The translations under genes were made by a program, and so were the position numbers. A stretch of DNA of 63,286 nucleotides from Vezdaea acicularis. Its lineage: Eukaryota. The stretch's first letter is position 1; each line of letters starts with the position of its first letter. The DNA lies in the NCBI GenBank assembly GCA_026025075.1, contig JAPEUI010000025.1, positions 124,001 through 187,286 on the forward strand, written 5' to 3'. This document shows, one piece after another, positions 55,359-63,286 of this stretch. The notes beneath the pieces were generated by a model that worked only from the letters and a program-made list of their open reading frames with translations, did not search any database and was not told where the DNA came from.

Positions 55359-56927
55359 ATGGCTTCGTCACCGAAACAGATGCGATTCACTCGCCGAATG
55401 CATGGTGGTCCCGAATCTGCATCACGACCCAGAAAGCGGTTGCGGAGTTCTACCGATGACGACTTCACAAGACCTGGGCCCCTGAAAAAGCTGAAAGTTG
55501 AATCCCAAGCAGCTCGGCCAAAAGCAATTGCTCGAAAAGAAATCCCTTCGGGCCGTGTCCCTAGGAAGTACAACCTTAAAGCGACAACTCCCCCCTCTCC
55601 TCCCAACGGGACAATAGCACGAGACCCTTCGGAACCTGCTCTGAGACCCACAAAACGTGCACGTGTTCATGCGCCGGCGGCCAATGGGATTATTGAGAAA
55701 GAGGAGAAGACAAGCAGTGAAACAGCGAACGATAAGAGGAAGCTTCGGTCGCAAGATGGAGGCTCCCGATTCAAGTCCGATTTGTCACTTTATTTTCCTG
55801 CCTACGAAGAGATGATAAGCAATGAGCCTAAAGAGCCTGGTGAGTAAATGAGTGACTTCTTTCACTGCGTTTCTAAATGTTCCTTAGACTTTTTGACACC
55901 AGAAACGCCAATCTACGTCGTGGATACGGGAGCTCCTTTAGCTAGTACGCGAATCCAGAACCTAATTACTCCAAAGTCACCATCCGGGAAACGTGGTACA
56001 CCAGGCTCATCCGCACATGGCCCCCGCAACTCAATGTCAAATCACAATACATCACTCAAACGTAATCAAGACCTTAACAATGCGCAGAGAATAGATTTCA
56101 CGTCAATTGCGAAGGCGGCTTCGAAGATCCATAGTGACCCATTGTCGGAGGCTACATATCAGAAAGCACATAAGAAAGCGGAACGGCAAGAGAAGCAGTT
56201 ACGTAATATAGAGAAGGAGCGGGCACAGCACGAAAAATACCATTTAGAGAGGCTGCTCCAAAGCCTTAAAGGCCATGATTGGCTGAGAACGATGGGCATT
56301 ACTGGGATAACAGAGACGGAGAAGAAAGAGTACGAACCAAAACGAGACATGTTCATTCGAGAGGTCACTGCGCTCATTGCAAAGTTCAAGGTGTGGAAAG
56401 AGGAAGAAAAGCGGCGTAAGCAGGAGAAAGACGCTGCAGCGAAGGAGGCCGGCCTACGCTCTCAACCGGAGACTCCAACTGCAGAAGACAGTCGAGATGC
56501 CTCCGAAACTCCTTCGAGGGTCCAAGCTGGGCCGAAACTGGCCCAAAGTGCCGAACCTATCAGTGATGGGGATCCGCCTGGCTATGGAGACCTTGATGCA
56601 GAAGCAGCCCGACAGCTTCACGTTGAAGCCATGTCAGCAACAAAGTACCATTTACACCCCTCAGTCAAGCAGGAACCAGCTGCGAAAAAACGACGGGGAA
56701 AGGCAGCAGCAAAGGTCGAAGAGCCATTTACATCGTTCTACAAAAAGCCCCACGAACGAGCTGCTACATTAGGTACCCAACGACGAAGTGGGAGGAAAGC
56801 ATCGGCTTTCGGTAAGCCTCTACCACATGTCAGTAGTGAAGAGTTCGCACTCCCGCAGGATGTCTTGACCCCTGATGCGAAAAGGGCGAGCGCAAGGGCG
56901 AGGCGCGCTGCAAAACGGCAAAGCTAA
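55359..56927 (+). CDS. SAS4-domain protein (SAS acetyltransferase complex subunit-like)
   Basis: DPLSEATYQKAHKKAERQEKQLRNIEKERAQHEK..LKGHDWLRTMGITG..KFKVWKEEEKR, PFTSFY; intron about 55840-55887. Confidence 0.82.
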
Positions 56928-58321
56928 TAGGATCTGAGGATGGGGGTTTCTTTTGCTGTATTGAAAGCGCTTCATTCAGCATGCATTGATCGGATGGTCT
57001 TTCATGATTCCGGCGGTTCACTCTCCACTTAGAGATTTGCCTTTTGGCATTCATGTCATGCCGAGGCGAGCGATTGCATTTTCAGGTGGCGTTTGGAAGC
57101 ATATGTACTTATAGTGAGCATTTGGGACGGATGGTCTCTATCTAACATCGTAGGACTACAGGTTACTGCTTATTAGAGTTGACCCGTACCTTAAAGCGCT
57201 TCTATAGAGTCAAACACTGTCTTGTAGTAGATCGATTCTAGTGTAGAAATGACATGACAGTCATGCCTACTCAACATACTTCATAGCATAAAGCGGAGAC
57301 CGTGACCCATATAGCTGTACCATCTCTCCACCTTTGCAATCTCTCTTTACGTAGACACTCGAGTCTCTGCGCCTCCGTTGGCTTTACGACCCGTGATGTT
57401 GGTCTACCTCATCCATGAAATTTTTCTTTAGAAAATATCAAATCCGCATAAAGGTCACCATAGTTCAAGCCAAGATAGTAAAAGCATATTAGCCGTCCAG
57501 GGATTCTCCTAAGTCCAACTGCTACATAATCGTCCTAGGCTTAGGTCCATGGAACGACAGAGGCCATGTGGGATCGGGTAGATCGACCACAGCAATGACG
57601 ATCTTCAGGCACAAGAAACTTTACCGAAACGCTACCGAGTTTGGACAACCTCGAGACCCTACGCGTGCGCCTTCTGCGCTGCAACACTAACCTTTGTTCT
57701 TCTTCTAGTGTTGCGCATTTCTTTCATTGTCCTAACTTCCTAGCATCTTGTTCTTCTTTCGACCCACTCTTCAGTAATGTTCAGTAGTTTCCAGCGGCCT
57801 GCACCTGATTCAGCACAATCTTCTGAACGAACGCGAACGGCCCCTCACTTCTGGCACGCCAACGACTTCTCATACTCCTCCTTTGGCACATCTACCTGTA
57901 TTAGAAGATCTATAAATTGTCTTTAATATAGTTGTTGGATTGTGCATCGACCGTTTTTACACCACTCACAAACGGGAAGCCTCGGTGCTCTGCGCGAAGA
58001 AGAAACGGACAATACTGCGGAAACGCTGATGAATGGATGAATCTGCCCGAGTTCATTCATAGAATTATAATACCCTGAATGGGGAGGCGTCTTAGTTTTG
58101 TCTCACATCAGTCGTGAGGATTGATCTTCAGCCATCTTCAAGCTACGAACAACTTATGCTTTTCTTTCTCGAACAGCCGCCGATTCTTGGAGCTCCCCTA
58201 CTAGCTAGTAGTATATTCACTTGAGCTCAACCTTACATTTATATAAGATCGAAGTGCAGTCTCGACTTCCAATCGAGCCTCACGTCATCTCTCTCAATAG
58301 CTGGTAGTCCTGTAGCTGGAC

Positions 58322-61300
58322 ATGGCGGGACTAGCGTCATCACAAACCGAAGCTCCCTTACCGCCAACTCCGAATCAAGACGAGCCAGGCTTTACGGTCA
58401 CAGGTCAGAAGATCGAACTAGAAGTTGACTTCCGCAAGAAAACTTTGAGGGGCAAAACCGAGATCCAAGTACAACCTCTGAAAAGATCGCTGCGTACGAT
58501 ACAACTAAACTTCCGCCACGGAAAGCTGACGCGATTACAAGTGAATGGCAAGCCTTTTAGTAGTAAGGTAGCGGATAGCTATAAATTTGTGGGAATACCG
58601 GGGAATACCGATATCCGACAATGGCAGATGCTTCGCGCCAAGTTCGAGGGCCAGCTCAGTGATTCACTCGAGAATGAGCTGACTGTTACTATACCTAAAA
58701 ACGTTTCCATCGACGTTCTCGAGTCGAATACTCCCATACAGCCCATCGCTACACTCCCTGTAGGCAGAGATGATGCATTTGAAGATGCTTCACAGGTTGC
58801 CTTATCTACCGTCCCGGCTGTGCAATATAAATACGCTCCTCTCACTATCAACGCAGAGTTTGAGATCCCTAACGCTCGGGATGGCATTCACTTTGTTGGT
58901 GTGGACGAAGGCGACGGGAGGTATCCACATGTCTATACTACCAACCAGCTTTTCTCGCCTGGAACAGCAAGAAGCCTCTTTCCTTGCTTAGATAATATGT
59001 CCTCAAGATGCGTTTTTGAGGTCTCGATCAAAAGCCCCCGAACGCTAGAAGATGCTCTTCAGCCTGCAGCTACGAATCTAAATGGGAATGGCGTAACGCA
59101 GGTGGCTGGTGTAAAGCGCAAGCATGATGAGATCAATACAGACCTGGCAGCACCCAGGCCTAAGACAACCGTCCTTTCTGAGGAAGATAAAGCTCTAGAG
59201 ATGATTATCATGGGCCCTGGAAATTTTGTCTCCGAGGTTCGCAGATTGAATCCTACTGTAAGAACAAGCTAATCTACTGTAGCACGCTGATCCAGCAGAT
59301 CCAAATAAAAAGATCGCCATGTTTTCCTGCGCTGAATCAACTTCACCATTCCATATTGGCTTTGCTGTTGGGCCTTTCGAGACCGTATCGTTAGCCGAGT
59401 GGAGAGATCCTGATGACGAAGACAAACTAGGACAGAACGCCATCCCAATTCAAGCATATTGCCTCCCAGGAAGGTCAGAGGAAGTGATTAGCACGTGCAT
59501 GCCAATGGCCAATGTAAGCGACCTTAGAAGTAGGGACTGGGTTGCTAACTAATATATCAAAGGCAATTGATTTCTTCATACTGAACTTTAGGACGTATCC
59601 GTTCTCGGAGTACAAAATGTGCTTTGTAGATGACTTGATATCGGATGATGTTGAGATCGTGGCAGCCTCAATCCTGAGCGAGAGGCTTTTGTTCAACAGA
59701 TCGATCCTTGATCCTCTCCTTCCATCAACTCGAAAACTTGCGTATAGCCTTGCTTGCCAGTGGAGCGGGATTAGTGTTGGGCCTAAAGATTTAAGGGACG
59801 TTTGGCTGGTGATTGGAATCGCCTATTTCATGGCAGACTTATTCCTACAAAAGCTTTGCGGAAATAATGAATATCGGTTCTTTCAAAAGAGTCAAGCTGT
59901 TCGAGTTTGCGAGCTCGACGTTAATAGGCCATCACTTAGCGATCTTGGGACAAGCATAGAAGTAGACTCATCGGAATTCGACCTCATCGCTATGAAAGCG
60001 CCCCTTGTGCTCTTCATACTGGACAGGAGACTGGCTCGCATTACAGGCACAAGTGGACTGAAGTCTGCTATCTCAAAGATTTTTCTTAACGCGAAAATGA
60101 ATGAAAGCCGTTCAATATCGACTGCTTCATTCCAAAGAGCTTGCGAGAAGATGAGCTTCAGTGCCAAGTTGGAAGTCTTTTTCAACCAATGGGTTTATGG
60201 AGCCGGATGCCCCCAATTCGATGTGACACAGAAGTTCAACAAAAAGCGGAACCAGCTTGAGGTGTTGGTCAAACAGCGGCAAGCACGGGATGTTAAGCCA
60301 GTGGTTGTTGGATTGGATACTTTCATGAGAGATTACCGAGAAGCCCAAGCTGGAATTGAGGCAGGAGGGCTGCAGTCTGTTTTTCAAGGCACAATGACCT
60401 TCCGAATTCACGAAGCTGACGGCACACCATACGATTTCATCGATGAGATCAACATGTTGTCCAAAAAGGCCGACATTCCATACAACACGAAGTATAAGCG
60501 GTTAAAACGAAGTAGAAGAAACAAGGAACGAGCTGTTGCTAATGCTACTACTACGGGCGCTGATCTTTCCGGCGAAGGCCAAGATGACGTTCTTCTTTAT
60601 TGTCTGGGCGATACTCTGCAAACAGAACAAGAGATTGCCGATTGGCGCCTGGCCGATTGGACCAAGGAAGAAGAGGACAGGATGTCTCAAGAATCATTCG
60701 AATGGCTCCGTTTAGATGCCGACTTCGAATGGATATGCAAGATGTTTGCCCCGATGCCAGACTACATGTATGTATCTCAGCTGCAGCAAGACAGAGACGT
60801 GGTCGCCCAGTACGAGGCACTTAATGGACTCCTTTCGAGACCAGCAACGCACATGCTTTCAACTATACTTGTACGCACGGTAATGGACAAAAGGTATTTC
60901 TATCGGGTCCGAGTCACAGCAGCACTTGGACTGGCAAGATGCGCAACAATGGAGTTAAATTGGATTGGGCGTTTCCATTTGGAGAAGGTATTCCAAGAAC
61001 TCTTTTGCTATCCAGGTTCATCCACACCTCGACCGAATGATTTCTCGGACAGGTCTATGTACCAGCTCCAATGCGCCGTAGTGCAGGCAATGGCAAGTAT
61101 TCGGGGCAGGGACAAGAATGTTCCCTGGCCAGTCAAGCAATGGCTTCTACATAAACTAAAATTTAACGACAATTCAAGAAACGAGTATTCGGATGCTCAC
61201 TACGTCTCGACTTTGATCAACGCGCTCTGCGAGAGTCTCGTGGACCACCGTGCGGCGGATATGGCCTTTGATTTCGATGATGACGCAGATGACGAGCTTG

Positions 61301-62497
61301 CATTCCGAGTCGAAGCCCTCGAGCAAGTCGAGAAGTGTCAACGAATTGATCTCCTCGAACCTTCACACCACGACATTGTCACTACAACGGCATTGGCATG
61401 CAAGTCAAGGCTCATGAAAGAGAAGCAAATCCCTCTCACCATGGAGGAATATGCTCCCTACACACAGTCTTTTAACTCACAATTCATCTGTCTCCAAGCA
61501 TTCAAATCGCTCGTGGATGTCTTCTCGCTCAAGCACGGCGCGTTACTTAGATACTTCCTTCACGTATTATCTTCAGATCCCTCGCCGTGGTTACGGTTTG
61601 AATTACAGAGGGTTTTCGAACGAGGCTTAGCGAATATTGCGATAGGCGAACATAAGGAGGTCGAAGCCTCTCAACAGGGGCTGTTGGTTCAAGATGCCGA
61701 TTTAGAAGCAAGACAGGCGAATGCGGATCGCATTAAGTCCATCGGTGCCGCAGTCGAAGCACTAGGAGCCGAGATGCTAACGACCTTGCCCGCGAGGAAA
61801 ATATACGATGCGGAGTATGTCGTCACGCGGAATACCTACGGGCTCTTCTACTATGAGCCAGAGCATAATATGCCTCTTGCGCAGGGTCTCTGGAGCGCGG
61901 TAACGTATGTAGAACGGACTTCTCGTTACGCAAGTTCCTCACTGACATTTATAGCAGATCTCCTCACATCTCCTTCAAGGACATGCAGCGCCTCTTCGAT
62001 ATATGCCAAATGCTCTACGCGCCTCAGAAGAAGCTGCCCATTCTACTTCGGTACCCCAGATGGCCCGCCTCTCTCGAGCACCGCGGCAACGTAAGCTCTT
62101 TCGCCCCTCCTCACCCCTTTCCTCTAACCCCCACTAAATCTCTCCCTAGGGCATGATCGTCATCAAGTTCTCCTCCCGCATCCGCGACAAACCAGCTCCC
62201 AAACGGATCAAACTCACCAAGCAGCCCTCGCATCTAAACGCCGCGCACGAAGATCCCGCGCTGGCCGGCTCCCGTACAAGTCCCGAGGTGCGCCCCGGCA
62301 CGCTGAAGCGGCCTAAGAAACGGGCTTTTGGCGCGGTGGACAATGCGAAGAGAAATACGCCGTCACCGCCCCCACCGACGGAAAGTACGAACCGCAATGC
62401 TAATGGAAAGGCTGCCGGCAATGCGAATGGCAACGCGACTGGCCACAAAAAGTTGAAGCTCAAACTTAAGTTTGGGGGAGGTGGTTCGCCTTCGTGA
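58322..62497 (+). CDS. TAF2: TFIID subunit 2 (M1 aminopeptidase-like fold)
   Basis: QKIELEVDF, HIGFAVGPFE, YPFSEYKMCFVDD, LCGNNEYRF, KAPLVLFILDRRL, FFNQWVYGAGCP, RIHEADGTPY, SQLQQDRDVVAQYEA; four introns. Confidence 0.95.
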
Positions 62498-62954
62498 ATG
62501 GAATGGTATGGGATCGCCGGCGACAAATGGGCATTTTGGGGACCTGGGGAACGAGGGGGGTTTAGGACTGTCACTTTTTGGTGCTTGGCAGGCGTTGGTG
62601 GCATGTTTCATTCTGTAGGGCTGGAGAGCGAAATTTTTTTGGTGTTCTGTACAGAGAAAATGGTCATGGCGCATGCGTACGTTTTGTTCGATAACGGACA
62701 TGACTGACGCGCAGTCGCGTCCGATTACTACATTACGGACCGGGCCACTGGATATTGCGGAGGAAGGGTGCCCTCTCCGTCCTTCCCGGAACCTCGTACC
62801 GAAACAGGTGATAGAAGCAAACTCCTCCTGGAGCATATATCGACTCTCAGGTTATCGAGAGCTTAACATACAATATTCTATTCAATCTAACCAAATCCCA
62901 TATCAACAAAACAAGTGGTCTAACAAATGATCAAAAAGCGGTCTCTATGCCTTT

Positions 62955-63286
62955 CTAAGGGCTGGGTATCCTAGGCTCCTTTATCCCGATTCTCGCTTCA
63001 TCGTCTTCGTCGTCATCGTCGTCGTCACTGAATTCGTCCCTGTAGCCGCCGTCTCGAACCTCGTTCTCGAACAGACTGATATCGTCTCCTCGGGGTCCGT
63101 CAGCATCGATAGCATCGTCGTCTATATCGTCGGAGAAGCGTCCGATGGCGTCTTCGTTCTCTGGACTGTCTCGGATATGGGAGCGCTCCTCGGCTTCGAG
63201 TTGCTCCGCTCGAGCCACCGTTCTGATACGAGCGTTAGTGATGATTTGGATGTGGGAAGTTGCTATGGGAAATCGCCTTACCTGCG
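62955..63286 (-). CDS. 3' end of an unidentified gene running off the window (acidic tail)
   Basis: Minus-strand intron (GTAAG..CTAAC..CAG, about 63224-63281) followed by an open frame RAEQLEAEERSHIRDSPENEDAIGRFSDD..DDDDEDDE to stop at 62955. Confidence 0.6.
   Translation of the reverse strand, partial: QVRRFPIATSHIQIITNARIRTVARAEQLEAEERSHIRDSPENEDAIGRFSDDIDDDAIDADGPRGDDISLFENEVRDGGYRDEFSDDDDDDEDDEARIGIKEPRIPSP

Noticed and set aside
58027..58078. TGATGA...CTGA with an ATGAATG/CATTCAT hairpin upstream of TAF2
   Set aside because: Only about 50 nt between the boxes, a non-consensus C box and no evident rRNA guide

Overview
Gene-dense window from a filamentous ascomycete (Pezizomycotina-type) nuclear genome. 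It has short GT-AG introns with CTRAC/CTAAY branch sites and about 26 intron-containing protein genes. Most are housekeeping genes: cyclophilin H, a ZIP transporter, DUF726/Mil1, an RTC4-domain protein, an Oca2-like pseudophosphatase, calnexin, MDE1, MPH1, ATP3, TOP1, an NAD-dependent epimerase, MRPL44, SEC20, MMSDH, DUS2, IPP1, CAP2, KRE33, a thioredoxin-fold protein, EPT1/CPT1, YPT35, a SAS4-domain protein, TAF2 and two GPI-anchored proteins. I see no transposon, CRISPR array or secondary-metabolite cluster. The most unusual signals are non-coding. (1) A tRNA-like Pol III A/B-box module with no valid anticodon arm sits inside a ~420-nt nested long-range stem between MRPL44 and SEC20. (2) A G-U-supported plus-strand structured element lies between CAP2 and KRE33. 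(3) The first intron of cyclophilin H is packed with hairpins. (4) Sharp C-rich-to-G-rich strand switches recur and extend into coding sequence. Gene models were spliced by eye and names come from remembered motifs; no searches were run.
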